A stretch of DNA of 37,405 bases from a virus (Duplodnaviria > Caudoviricetes). Of this stretch, positions 17,675-27,170 are shown in pieces (position 1 is the stretch's first letter; each line of letters begins with the position of its first letter). The notes under the pieces were generated by a model. That model was not told where the DNA came from. It worked only from the letters and a program-made list of their open reading frames with translations, and made no database searches. Both the position numbers and the translations under genes were made by a program. Where the stretch lies: IMG/VR virus record IMGVR_UViG_3300027754_000223, positions 1 to 37,405 of that record; one strand, written 5' to 3'.

Positions 17675-19977
17675 TGAACGAAGTAGAAATACCCATAAAA
17701 GTCTCAGGCTTAGGAGAAATAAAAGCAGAACTAAGAGCACTCAAAGGTGAGATTGCTAACGCTACTGACCCTGCAGATATTGCTAGACTGTCACAGGAAG
17801 CAGGTGTACTTAAAGACAAGATAGCAGATGCTAATGAGGCAGTAAATGTTTTTGCTACAGGCTCTAAATTTGAGCAGGTGAGTAATGGTATAGGTGGTAT
17901 TAAGGATAGCTTAATGAGCCTAGACTTTGAAGAGGCAGCCACTAAGTCTAAGAGCTTGGCTATTACTATGAGTAAGCTAAACCCTAAAGAGCTACTAGGA
18001 GGAATGGGACAATTTGTTACTATGCTAGGTACACTAGGTGGTGCATTTGTAAAGCTAGGGATGACTATATTAATGAATCCGATATTTTTATTAGTAGTAA
18101 CTATCATAGCTATTGTGGCTGCGGTAGGTTATTTCCTAGATAAGATAGGGGTGCTAGGTACGATACTAGATTATATAATGATTCCCATTAATGCTATTAT
18201 AGATGCTTTAAAATGGCTAGGAGATGCTCTAGGGCTTACATCATTTGCTGAGGATGAGAGAGCAGAACAAGCTAAGAAAAACTCAGAGGCTGTATTAGCT
18301 CAAATTAAACAAGAGCAAGAATCACAGCAAAGGGCATTTGAACGTAAAAAGAAAATCTATGATGCATCAGATGATGCACTTGGTAGGCAGATTAAGCTAA
18401 TGAAGGCACAGGGTAAAGATACTACAGATTTAGAAAGAACAAGATTAAAGGCAGCTATTGCTTATCAAAGAAGTATAGAATCTGAAACCTACGCAATTCA
18501 CTTACAACTACTAGCAAAAAACAAATTAACAGTAGCAGAGTTAAGAGCAAGTGCTCAGGAAACAGGAGACTATGGTGCGTGGAAAGCCTTTGAGAAAGAG
18601 ATGGCGGCTTCATTAAAAAGTAATTCTGACTTAAATGCTCAAGCTAATAAAGCGAAACTAGATGCTATTAATGATTTAGCTGTCTTTGAGCAGGAGGTTA
18701 TAAATGATAAAAAAAATGCTGAGAAAGAGGCAGCAGAAGACTCTAAAAAGAAGAGTGATACTAAAAAGAAAGATGCTGTCTCATTGGCTAAAACTGAAGC
18801 TGCTAATGCATTAAGTGCTGCTAGAAAAATAAAAGATGGTGAGCTATCTATAATGCAGGAGGGACTAGCTAAAGAGGAGGCGATAACAATTGAAAAATTC
18901 AAAAGACAAAGAGAAGATATAGCATCAGATGCTAAATTAAAAGCAAAAGACAAAATAACTTTAACTGAACAAGCAGATGCAGAGGAGGCTAAACAATTAG
19001 AAGCAAAAAGAGAGGCTGCTAGAAAGATTACAATAGCAGTAGAAAATGAACTAGCTCAGCTTAGATTAGAGGCTATGGCAGAAGGTGCTGAAAAAGATTT
19101 AGTAATACAAAATGAGAAGTATAAAAAACTAAGAGATGCAGCCGTAGCAGATACTAGACTAACAGCAGAACAGCTAAAAGAAAAGCTAGATATTTACAAC
19201 ACTATGCAGATACAAGAAGAAACTGCTAGGATGAAAGATAAGGTAAAGGCTGCAAGTGATTTGCTTACTGAACTTACCACTACAGAAGAAGAGAAGAAAA
19301 TAGCAGAGCTTGATGCTAAGTATCTTAAAGAACAAGAGATGGCTATGGGTAATCATAAGGCTTTAGAGATACTAGAGACTAACCACAAAAAAGCTCTAGC
19401 AGATATTAATACAAAGGCACAATTAAAACAGATAGAGGATGACCAAAAAGAAAGAGATGCTAGGATAGCATTAGCAGGAGATATAGCTAAGGGTATTACT
19501 GATATTGGTGGGATGCTTATTAAAGACCAGGCAAAGTTAGCTAAATTCAATAAGGCATCTGCTCTAGTTCAAATAGGTATTGACACTGCTAAGGCCATTA
19601 GTGCTTTGGTAGCTAACTCACAAGCTAATCCATTGAATGCTGTATCAGCAGGTGCAGCAGGTATTGCTCAATTTGCTACAGGAATTATTCAGATTGCTAC
19701 CAACGTAGCTAAGGCTAAACAGATACTATCATCACCAGGTGCAACCCCTAGCTCAGGAGGAGGAGGAGGAGGCGGTGGTAATACAGGAGCCACTTCTGCA
19801 GCCACAGCTTTACCACAGGCAGCCCAACTATTTGGTAGTGCTAACACAGGTGGAACCATGAGTGCAGGAGGTAGCTCTAGTGAATCATCTATGACTGTAA
19901 CAGCTATAGTATCAGAGACTCAAGTAACATCCACACAACAGAAAATAAACCGTATAAATAAATCAGCAGAACTATGA
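17674..19977 (+). CDS. Tail tape measure protein
   Basis: 767 aa A/E/K-rich coiled coil with hydrophobic segments and a Gly-rich C-terminus. Confidence 0.8.
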   Translation: MNEVEIPIKVSGLGEIKAELRALKGEIANATDPADIARLSQEAGVLKDKIADANEAVNVFATGSKFEQVSNGIGGIKDSLMSLDFEEAATKSKSLAITMSKLNPKELLGGMGQFVTMLGTLGGAFVKLGMTILMNPIFLLVVTIIAIVAAVGYFLDKIGVLGTILDYIMIPINAIIDALKWLGDALGLTSFAEDERAEQAKKNSEAVLAQIKQEQESQQRAFERKKKIYDASDDALGRQIKLMKAQGKDTTDLERTRLKAAIAYQRSIESETYAIHLQLLAKNKLTVAELRASAQETGDYGAWKAFEKEMAASLKSNSDLNAQANKAKLDAINDLAVFEQEVINDKKNAEKEAAEDSKKKSDTKKKDAVSLAKTEAANALSAARKIKDGELSIMQEGLAKEEAITIEKFKRQREDIASDAKLKAKDKITLTEQADAEEAKQLEAKREAARKITIAVENELAQLRLEAMAEGAEKDLVIQNEKYKKLRDAAVADTRLTAEQLKEKLDIYNTMQIQEETARMKDKVKAASDLLTELTTTEEEKKIAELDAKYLKEQEMAMGNHKALEILETNHKKALADINTKAQLKQIEDDQKERDARIALAGDIAKGITDIGGMLIKDQAKLAKFNKASALVQIGIDTAKAISALVANSQANPLNAVSAGAAGIAQFATGIIQIATNVAKAKQILSSPGATPSSGGGGGGGGNTGATSAATALPQAAQLFGSANTGGTMSAGGSSSESSMTVTAIVSETQVTSTQQKINRINKSAEL

Positions 19978-20408
19978 ACAGTCTACAAGCAATAACAGAT
20001 CATATCATTGCATTCTATACAGCACATAAGCAAGTGTTTAAAGTAGGATGTGACTTCAAAGAACAGCTCTATAACTTTGCTACTCAAAATGAGAAGTATC
20101 CGCTAGTGTATATTGTACCTAGTGGAGTGATGCCAACTGAGAACACTACAGAATTTACCTTTGATATATACTGCTATGATATCATCCAAAAAGATAGAGC
20201 TAACATCATCACTATACTAAGTGATACGCAACAGATCCTTAGTGATTTGAATATCTACTTTAATGATAGTAATGACTTCAGCTTTGATGTGGTAGGAGTG
20301 CCTACATTCTCACCCCTCAACAATGATCTACTAGATTACGCTGCAGGGTATCAGATGGGTATCACCTTAACAGTTAATGATTGGACTGATTGTGCTGTGC
20401 CGATTTAA
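19974..20408 (+). CDS. Putative tail terminator/completion protein
   Basis: 144 aa with YPLVYIVP; size and position fit. Confidence 0.5.
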   Translation: MNSLQAITDHIIAFYTAHKQVFKVGCDFKEQLYNFATQNEKYPLVYIVPSGVMPTENTTEFTFDIYCYDIIQKDRANIITILSDTQQILSDLNIYFNDSNDFSFDVVGVPTFSPLNNDLLDYAAGYQMGITLTVNDWTDCAVPI

Positions 20409-20440
20409 ACATTTCACTTTGATAATATAATATAGGTATG
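20407..20440 (+). promoter_or_regulatory. Late promoter motif 3 (AAACA-N16-TAATATAGGTATG)
   Basis: Fills the intergenic gap and ends in the ATG at 20438. Confidence 0.8.
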
Positions 20441-21148
20441 GCTAATGGATGGTGGGGTGATTGGAGGCCCTCTTTACCTGCTCACACAGGAGACTTACAG
20501 GCAACAGATTTAATAGAGTGTACTTCCATTATAGGAGGTGTGCCTACTAATACAGCTATTACCGGTACTCAAATAATAAACGCTGCTAGTGGTGGTGCTG
20601 CTACATGGGGAGCTATCACAGGAACGCTATCAGCTCAGACTGATTTACAAACAGAATTAAATGCTAAGCAGAATAAGACTGTACTACAGTCTATTGCAGG
20701 AGTAACAACAATAACAAATACAACTAATGAAATCAATGTAATATCAGTAGCCATACCTACCTCAATAGTTTATTCAATGCTACGCTGTTCATTCATTGCT
20801 AGGGTAACTACATTAGGTGCAGCTTCTCCTAGGACCAGGATAAGGATGAGTACATTCCCTAACCCTACTAATGCTCAATTAACTGCTGCCACTCAATTAG
20901 CCACTAATGCTATAGGTAGTTTAGGTATGGTATCCATCTATAGGACTATGCCTGTAATAGGAGGCGTATCAGGAAGTATAAAAGCAATACAAATGGCAGG
21001 TAATCTTAATGCTGATTATGGTAGCTCAGCAGCCTTTGATATAGTATCTAAAGACTTTACTACCCAGCAGTACTTACACTTTACAATTCAGAATAATACA
21101 CTAACAGCAGTAACTTCAAGCTATGGGGTGCTAGTAGAAAATTTATAA
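20438..21148 (+). CDS. Putative short tail fibre / receptor-binding protein
   Basis: WGAITGTLSAQTDLQTELNAK linker-coil followed by a beta-rich C-terminal domain. Confidence 0.55.
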   Translation: MANGWWGDWRPSLPAHTGDLQATDLIECTSIIGGVPTNTAITGTQIINAASGGAATWGAITGTLSAQTDLQTELNAKQNKTVLQSIAGVTTITNTTNEINVISVAIPTSIVYSMLRCSFIARVTTLGAASPRTRIRMSTFPNPTNAQLTAATQLATNAIGSLGMVSIYRTMPVIGGVSGSIKAIQMAGNLNADYGSSAAFDIVSKDFTTQQYLHFTIQNNTLTAVTSSYGVLVENL

Positions 21149-21150
21149 TA

Positions 21151-21603
21151 ATGGGTATATACGCAAACACTGGAGAATTTAATGTGCTATATCCTACACG
21201 TAGGAGGATGGCTACTATATTGAAAAGGATATTAAGGAATGATATAGTAGATGGTGAAGGCACCCTAGTAGAAAGTATACGTATCAATGCTAAGATTACA
21301 GGCTTTGAGAAATTAGAGATACAAATAGTAGCCATGTATTATTTTATATTTCTCAACAATGGAGCTTTCTTATGGAATGGTGGTGTAATTACCCCTAGAG
21401 ATTATGTAGCACAATTCACAGCTGAGCTAGCTAGTGCAGGTATTACTGCTGAAATATACTCACAATATACTGAATGGCTTACTAAGAGATATCCTTTAGT
21501 AGAAGCTGTAGAAGTGCTAGAAAGAAATCAAAAACTAGTATACACATTTGAGGCACTAGATCCACCTGCAGGATTTACACCTGGTTACCCCTTAGATGTC
21601 TAG
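21151..21603 (+). CDS. Putative neck/virion morphogenesis protein
   Basis: 150 aa; G.LVESI and YYFIFLNNG resemble tail-completion proteins. Confidence 0.45.
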   Translation: MGIYANTGEFNVLYPTRRRMATILKRILRNDIVDGEGTLVESIRINAKITGFEKLEIQIVAMYYFIFLNNGAFLWNGGVITPRDYVAQFTAELASAGITAEIYSQYTEWLTKRYPLVEAVEVLERNQKLVYTFEALDPPAGFTPGYPLDV

Positions 21604-22329
21604 CTCTTTTTTCATACCCATCATATTGAATACATAGGTAAGGGGTAGAGCTCCTATCTTATCAGACTTAGTAAGATCATTATTGCATAGGCCGTAGATC
21701 ATACGCTCCCAACTCCACTTACTATCTTTCTTAGTATCCTCCTCCTCTTTCAACTCATCAGGTGTGAGCTGTGATTTCTCTTCTGCTGTTAGCTCAGGTA
21801 ACTCCTCACCTTGAAATAAGTTTTGGTAGGTCTTTAGAAAATTATCTCTAAACTTTAAAAAATCACTAATGATACCATACACATCTGTGATGGGTACATC
21901 TAAGAACTTATCAGCTCTGATAGTACAATCATACTCATACGGTTCTATTATCTCTTCACCCCACTCATTAATTGTACTTTGCCTGTACAGCACCCCACAG
22001 ATATTAGCTAGATTAGTGATGTAGTTATTAGTAAAATAATAGTCCAGGTCTATGTACTCATAGAGGCACAGCTTATTAAAGGGCTTTACCTTCATACCTA
22101 GAAGCTCTGATTTATAATTATTAGATGGCTGTGAGAGTGCCCATTTACACTGCTTAACTATATTAAACATCTCATCAACATCAAGCTCATCTATTACCTC
22201 AGTAGACTCATCACAAATAATAGATAATATCTCAGTATTATAGTAGTAAGCTCCTTGCGCTTTATCTATCTCAGATATCTCTAGAAACTGCTCTACAGTT
22301 ATCTCACTCCACTGCTTCGGTAGGTACAT
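21592..22329 (-). CDS. Putative tail assembly chaperone-like protein
   Basis: Long minus-strand ORF, PKQWSEITVEQF; related to 22304..22870. Confidence 0.5.
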   Translation of the reverse strand: MYLPKQWSEITVEQFLEISEIDKAQGAYYYNTEILSIICDESTEVIDELDVDEMFNIVKQCKWALSQPSNNYKSELLGMKVKPFNKLCLYEYIDLDYYFTNNYITNLANICGVLYRQSTINEWGEEIIEPYEYDCTIRADKFLDVPITDVYGIISDFLKFRDNFLKTYQNLFQGEELPELTAEEKSQLTPDELKEEEDTKKDSKWSWERMIYGLCNNDLTKSDKIGALPLTYVFNMMGMKKELDI

Positions 22330-22870
22330 TTTCTATTGTTTCTGTAGGTGCATTCTCTACTTGTTTTTTTATTTTGTTAGCAACAAACATAATGTAAGGG
22401 ATGCATATCTCTGCTTTCAGTTTTCTTATGTGCTTAGACTTTAACTTAAGATGTGCTTCTGCATAGTGCTCTGAAATAGTAAGGTGATCTGCTTTAAACA
22501 TTACAGCCATCATATCTGAGATGTACCCCTTCTGCTTATGGATAGCAATCTTTTCTATTAGCTTAGTTTCACGTACTGTTAGTTTAAGCTCTGCTGTATA
22601 TGTAAAGCCATCTAGCTCTAATGTACCTACAGGCTCCATATGATTTGTAAGCTCAGGTGCTGTATTAAACTCTTTAACAATATCAATAAAATCAGAGATG
22701 TCAAAGTCAAAAAATTCCTTCTCAGGTATTCCTAGATACTCAAAGATTTGCAGATGCCTATCCACAGGATCTATCTCTTTATTATTGTTAATATCTGTAA
22801 TTGCTTCGAACTGCTCAATAGTCAGCTCTTCAATTTTGTTGGGGATCTCCCTTCCTAAAATAGTTACCAT
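22304..22870 (-). CDS. Putative tail assembly chaperone-like protein (paralog of 21592..22329)
   Basis: PNKIEELTIEQF; host-type promoter upstream. Confidence 0.5.
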   Translation of the reverse strand: MVTILGREIPNKIEELTIEQFEAITDINNNKEIDPVDRHLQIFEYLGIPEKEFFDFDISDFIDIVKEFNTAPELTNHMEPVGTLELDGFTYTAELKLTVRETKLIEKIAIHKQKGYISDMMAVMFKADHLTISEHYAEAHLKLKSKHIRKLKAEICIPYIMFVANKIKKQVENAPTETIENVPTEAVE

Positions 22871-22881
22871 AGTTAATTTTT

Positions 22882-22915
22882 TTACAAATATATGAATAAT
22901 TATAATATAGGTATG
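22882..22915 (+). promoter_or_regulatory. Late promoter motif 4 (TTACA-N16-TAATATAGGTATG)
   Basis: Ends in the in-frame ATG at 22913. Confidence 0.75.
22885..22892 (-). promoter_or_regulatory. Host-type -7 element TATATTTG driving the minus-strand pair
   Basis: Reads CAAATATA on the + strand, 14 nt from the start at 22870. Confidence 0.6.
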
Positions 22916-23866
22916 GCAAAAGATAATTTACCTATTTACAAAATTACTATAGACCCTGAATACTCTGAAAATGGGGAGGACTTAGGCATTGAACAAATTG
23001 CTTTTACATCCACTCCTGCTATCAAAGTAATGGGTATGGCTTTCAATAGCCAGGTTAAGCCTATGGTGTTTAAGGATGCTGTAAAATATCGTATTGTAGC
23101 ACCTGCTCTTATCCCTATGGAAATCTATAGGAAGGATGATGAGGATGGTAAAGAGTACTATGTTAGTTTTTCAGTTGAAGAGATAGAGAAAATTCACTCT
23201 AAGTTTATGCGTGATATGTCTAATAAGGATCTGTTTAATTTAGAGCATGATACTACTGAGACTGTACCAGCTTACATACTTGAGGCATGGATAGTAGAAA
23301 ATCCTACAAAAGATAAGGCATACTCTAGCTTTGGTATAGAAGTACCTACAGGTACACTAATGGTAACAGCTCAGGTAACTGATGTGGAGTACTATAACCA
23401 TCTAGTAGATAATGACCAGGTAGGCTTCAGCATTGAGGGATATCTAGGTATGAAATTAAAAGCAGAAACACAATTAAAAACCAAAATAAATATGAACAAA
23501 TTACCCGACGGAGAACACACGATTGAAGGTAAAATCTATGTCGTAGTAGACGGAGAGATTACAGAGATACGTGATGCAGAAGTGGTTGAGGCCACACTAG
23601 CAGATACAGTAGTAGAAGAGGAAGTAGTAACAGAGGAAGAAACTATGGCTGTAGATCCTGCTTTAGATGCTGAGGCAATACTAGCAATAGTAACGCCATT
23701 AGTAACAGAACAAGTAGATATGCTTGTGGCTATGATAGCTGATTTAAAAAATCAATTAGAAGAGGCACTTGTAGCAGAGACTGCAGAAGAGGCAGTAATG
23801 GAAGAGGCTGTAGCTTTAAGCGTACAACAAAGACTAAGTAACTTTATTAAATTTAACAATCAATAA
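22913..23866 (+). CDS. Prohead protease fused to an acidic scaffold domain
   Basis: FNLEH and GFSIEG serine protease motifs (XkdF/HK97-like), E/A-rich C-terminus, precedes the capsid gene. Start moved from 22892 to 22913 on the promoter motif. Confidence 0.8.
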   Translation: MAKDNLPIYKITIDPEYSENGEDLGIEQIAFTSTPAIKVMGMAFNSQVKPMVFKDAVKYRIVAPALIPMEIYRKDDEDGKEYYVSFSVEEIEKIHSKFMRDMSNKDLFNLEHDTTETVPAYILEAWIVENPTKDKAYSSFGIEVPTGTLMVTAQVTDVEYYNHLVDNDQVGFSIEGYLGMKLKAETQLKTKINMNKLPDGEHTIEGKIYVVVDGEITEIRDAEVVEATLADTVVEEEVVTEEETMAVDPALDAEAILAIVTPLVTEQVDMLVAMIADLKNQLEEALVAETAEEAVMEEAVALSVQQRLSNFIKFNNQ

Positions 23867-23879
23867 AAAAAACAAAACA

Positions 23880-24800
23880 ATGAGAAAACTAAGATTTGAT
23901 TTAAACAATGGGCCTAACGCCCAATTAACACCTAATGCTGAGGCATTCTATGCACAGGCTTATTTAGGATCATCTGATATCGTAGATAACTTTCGTACTT
24001 TGCCATCGGTAAAATTTGAAGTAGCTCTAGGAGCTGTCACTTTTGGAGACATCCTACAGGCTTCTAACTGTTCTTTCACTGCACCTACAGATACTTTATC
24101 TGCAAAGATTATGAGTGTATGTGCTCTATCTGCAATGGCTCAGATTTGTCAGTTTGAATTAGAGCAGTCTTTTGTATCTTTACAAATGGCTCAAGGTTCT
24201 AATGGTGATTTCACTGTAGCTAACTTTATGAACTTCTACTGGTCTGAGATGGCTAACTCTATCAATGGATCTATTGAGTCATTAAGATGGCAAGGTGATA
24301 CTACTTTAATATCTAACCCATTGAACTTATGTGATGGTTATGAAGTGCAACTTGCAGCAGATGTTGATGTTATCCCTTACCATATGACATCATCCCCTAC
24401 TTTTGCTCAGTTATTAACTGACTTAGAGGCTGCTTTTGCTTTAGTACCAGCTAACATTGCATCACGTACTGCTGATCTACGTATCTACTTACCAACTCAA
24501 TTGGTTAATATCTACCGTTTAGGTGTAGCTTCAGGTAACACTAATGCTTATATCACTCAGGATCTATCTTTGACTTACTTAGGTATTAAAATTGTACTTT
24601 GCCCAGGTATGAGTAATGACCATTTGGTTATCACATTGAAAGATAATCTTATCTATTTGTTTGATGCTGAGTCTGATCCATCTGATCTACGTGCTGTTAA
24701 CTTATCTGATACTGTTGCAGAGCCTTACTTAAGAACTCGTGCAAATATGAAGGTAGGTTTTAACTATGTTAATCCAACTGATATAGTTTACGGATCTTAA
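23880..24800 (+). CDS. Major capsid protein
   Basis: 306 aa after the protease, WQGD..CDG motif, strong A-rich leader, downstream hairpin. Confidence 0.78.
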   Translation: MRKLRFDLNNGPNAQLTPNAEAFYAQAYLGSSDIVDNFRTLPSVKFEVALGAVTFGDILQASNCSFTAPTDTLSAKIMSVCALSAMAQICQFELEQSFVSLQMAQGSNGDFTVANFMNFYWSEMANSINGSIESLRWQGDTTLISNPLNLCDGYEVQLAADVDVIPYHMTSSPTFAQLLTDLEAAFALVPANIASRTADLRIYLPTQLVNIYRLGVASGNTNAYITQDLSLTYLGIKIVLCPGMSNDHLVITLKDNLIYLFDAESDPSDLRAVNLSDTVAEPYLRTRANMKVGFNYVNPTDIVYGS

Positions 24801-24814
24801 TTATTAATTCATAG

Positions 24815-24832
24815 AGGGGGGTAACCCCCTTT
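24815..24832 (+). terminator. GC hairpin with GTAA tetraloop after the capsid gene (partial terminator or mRNA stabiliser)
   Basis: AGGGGG-GTAA-CCCCCT followed by a short TT. Confidence 0.55.
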
Positions 24833-24850
24833 ATATAAAACATATAAATC

Positions 24851-25393
24851 ATGCCAACAACATGTCAAGCCCTCGAGGCTATTTTAAAAAGTTGCGATAA
24901 CAACAGTGGGGGTATCTATGGTATATGGATTAACCAACAGGATGAGATCGCATCTATCACACCAGCTGATCCTTCTGCAGGTGCAGGATGGGCTATCACA
25001 GCTATCACTTTAGCTACTCCTACTTTATTTGAGAACTATTACATCCGTAGAAATACATCTAGCTTTACAGAAGAGGCTGCTATTGACTTAATCAATGGTT
25101 CATCTTTTGTTACTTCTACTATCTCTTTGATGTTTCAACGTAGAGAAGCTGATAAGTCTAGATCTATCAAAATTTTAGGATCAGGACAGCAGTATCTTAC
25201 TGCAATTGTTTTGGATGCTAATGGTCTTTATTGGTACTTCCCATACCTACAAGTTACAGGTGTAGCTGAAGGATCAGGTACTGCTCGTGCAGATGGTTCT
25301 AAATATGCCGTTACTTTGTTAGGTGAAAATGAGTACTTAGCTTATGAGGTACAAATGACTGCAGGTGCTTTAGCTGCTATCGGAGTATCTTAA
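24851..25393 (+). CDS. Major tail tube protein
   Basis: 180 aa, C...SCDNNSGGI N-terminus and SGTARADGSKYAVTL; follows the capsid gene. Confidence 0.65.
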   Translation: MPTTCQALEAILKSCDNNSGGIYGIWINQQDEIASITPADPSAGAGWAITAITLATPTLFENYYIRRNTSSFTEEAAIDLINGSSFVTSTISLMFQRREADKSRSIKILGSGQQYLTAIVLDANGLYWYFPYLQVTGVAEGSGTARADGSKYAVTLLGENEYLAYEVQMTAGALAAIGVS

Positions 25394-25415
25394 TAGACTT
25401 AACACTATCAAAATT

Positions 25416-25442
25416 AGCCCTGCATATTGTGGGGCTTTTTTT
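25416..25442 (+). terminator. Intrinsic terminator
   Basis: AGCCCTGCA-TAT-TGTGGGGCT stem followed by a T-run. Confidence 0.8.
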
Positions 25443-25448
25443 ATTTCT

Positions 25449-25482
25449 AAACATTTGACTAACATCATATAATATAGGTATG
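25449..25482 (+). promoter_or_regulatory. Late promoter motif 5 (AAACA-N16-TAATATAGGTATG)
   Basis: Directly after the terminator; ends in the ATG at 25480. Confidence 0.8.
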
Positions 25483-25830
25483 ATATACATTGAACAGGGA
25501 ACTATTAACCAGGTAGTGCTAACCTTAACAGAGGTTACTACTGTACCCACCCCTCATTATCTATTTGCTTTCACTAATGAAATGAATACTCTATCAGTTA
25601 CTCAGCTATTTACTACTGCAGATATTAGCTTATATCCTGAAAGATACAATCTTTTCGTGTTAAATGAGCCTGTAGATATTACTTTATTACAAGGGCAGTT
25701 TATATATCAAATTTATCAAAGCTCAGTACCCTATGTACTACCTTTAACTATTGCACAATCCACAGGAGTGGTGATAGAAGAGGGTAGGATGGTGGTAAGT
25801 GGGCCAGTAGGCACCTCAATATACGATTAA
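25480..25830 (+). CDS. Small structural protein, 116 aa
   Basis: Beta-rich; lies before the portal gene. Confidence 0.55.
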   Translation: MIYIEQGTINQVVLTLTEVTTVPTPHYLFAFTNEMNTLSVTQLFTTADISLYPERYNLFVLNEPVDITLLQGQFIYQIYQSSVPYVLPLTIAQSTGVVIEEGRMVVSGPVGTSIYD

Positions 25831-25832
25831 CT

Positions 25833-27170
25833 ATGGCATGGTATAACAATTTATTTAAGAAAGAAACTAAGACAGTAGAAGTATTGGAAGGTTATCAATC
25901 TTTTAGCACCCCCTTCCTACCTGTAGGTAAAGGTAACTTAACACTCCCTTATGTAAATGGTAGGTACTCTACCAATATGTGGGTGAGATTTGGTGCAGAT
26001 AACCTGTACCCTGAAATGCTTAATCAAATGTATTTTGCTAGCCCCTTACATGGTGCCATAGTAGACTTTAAAACAAATGCAGTTATTGGTGGTGGCTTTG
26101 CTTTAGAAACTGATAAGCTAACTACCCCTGAGAAACTTAACCTTTACATGTTTGAAAGGAAAATTAAAATAAGACAAACAGTTAAGGCAGTAACCAGGCA
26201 GTTAATTGTGCACAATAGAATTTACTTTAAGCTGTTTTTTGATAATGATAAGAAACTTGTTAAGATAGATAATGTATCACCTGAGAAAGTAAGGATTTCA
26301 AGGTATAAAGATATGTACTATATCTGTGATGACTGGAGTACTAACATTGATATTAGAGAAATCAAGCCTTATCATATTGCATGCTCTGACTATGAGCAAT
26401 TATATTGCTATGAGATTAAATCACTAGGGCAGGATTACTATTCTTTGGCCCAGTACACTTCGGCACTAAATTTTGCGTTTCTCTCAGGCGAACTTTCGTT
26501 TTTTGCTAAATCCAATATCCAAAATAGTATTTTCCCTAGCTTTGCTATGATGTTTCCAAAAAAACCACAGTCTGAGGAAGAGAAACATATGATAAAAGAG
26601 ACGCTTGAGCGGCTAAAAGGAGCGTCCAATAGTGGGAAAGCTGTCGCATTTTTTGCTAATAGTCAAGACCAACTGCCAAAGATTGAGGCATTACCAAACA
26701 ACAATAATGATAAGTTATTCCAGGAGGCCTCACAGCTTAACACAGAGCAGATTTGTTTTGCTCATACTATTGACCCAATTTTAATGGGAATTAGAACTAC
26801 AGGTAGCTTAGGTGGTGGTGCAGATATTAAGCAGGCGTATGTTATATTTGAAAAGAATGTAGTAATGGAGCTTAGATCATGTATACAGCATATCTTTCAG
26901 GAGCTATTAACTATAGCTAAGATACCTGCAGATTTCACTATTAATAACTTTCAGATAATTAATGAGAATATAGTAGAGCTTGAGGGTGATACATCTAAAA
27001 CTAATGACGCTCTTAACAGCCTTAGCCCATTGGTAGCTACTAAAGTATTAGAGACTATGACTATTAATGAGGTAAGAGCTTTGGCTTCCCTTCCTCCTAT
27101 AGAAGGTGGTGATATGACTCAGAGTGCAGCAGCTGCCGTAGTAGTAACCCCAATAACACCAACTGTATAA
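25833..27170 (+). CDS. Portal protein
   Basis: 445 aa with FGADNLYP, SPLHGAIV, LKGASNSGK, AHTIDPILMGI and MTINEVRA portal-like motifs. Confidence 0.85.
   Translation: MAWYNNLFKKETKTVEVLEGYQSFSTPFLPVGKGNLTLPYVNGRYSTNMWVRFGADNLYPEMLNQMYFASPLHGAIVDFKTNAVIGGGFALETDKLTTPEKLNLYMFERKIKIRQTVKAVTRQLIVHNRIYFKLFFDNDKKLVKIDNVSPEKVRISRYKDMYYICDDWSTNIDIREIKPYHIACSDYEQLYCYEIKSLGQDYYSLAQYTSALNFAFLSGELSFFAKSNIQNSIFPSFAMMFPKKPQSEEEKHMIKETLERLKGASNSGKAVAFFANSQDQLPKIEALPNNNNDKLFQEASQLNTEQICFAHTIDPILMGIRTTGSLGGGADIKQAYVIFEKNVVMELRSCIQHIFQELLTIAKIPADFTINNFQIINENIVELEGDTSKTNDALNSLSPLVATKVLETMTINEVRALASLPPIEGGDMTQSAAAAVVVTPITPTV

Noticed and set aside
13318-21148. Diversity-generating retroelement or invertible tail-fibre cassette
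   Set aside because: No reverse transcriptase or invertase, and no template/variable repeat pair seen. Differences between the long repeats are not adenine-specific.
22304-22380. Programmed frameshift fusing the two minus-strand ORFs at an A-run
   Set aside because: The downstream ORF is in the +1 frame and has a TAG two codons before its ATG, so a slip at the A-run cannot join them.
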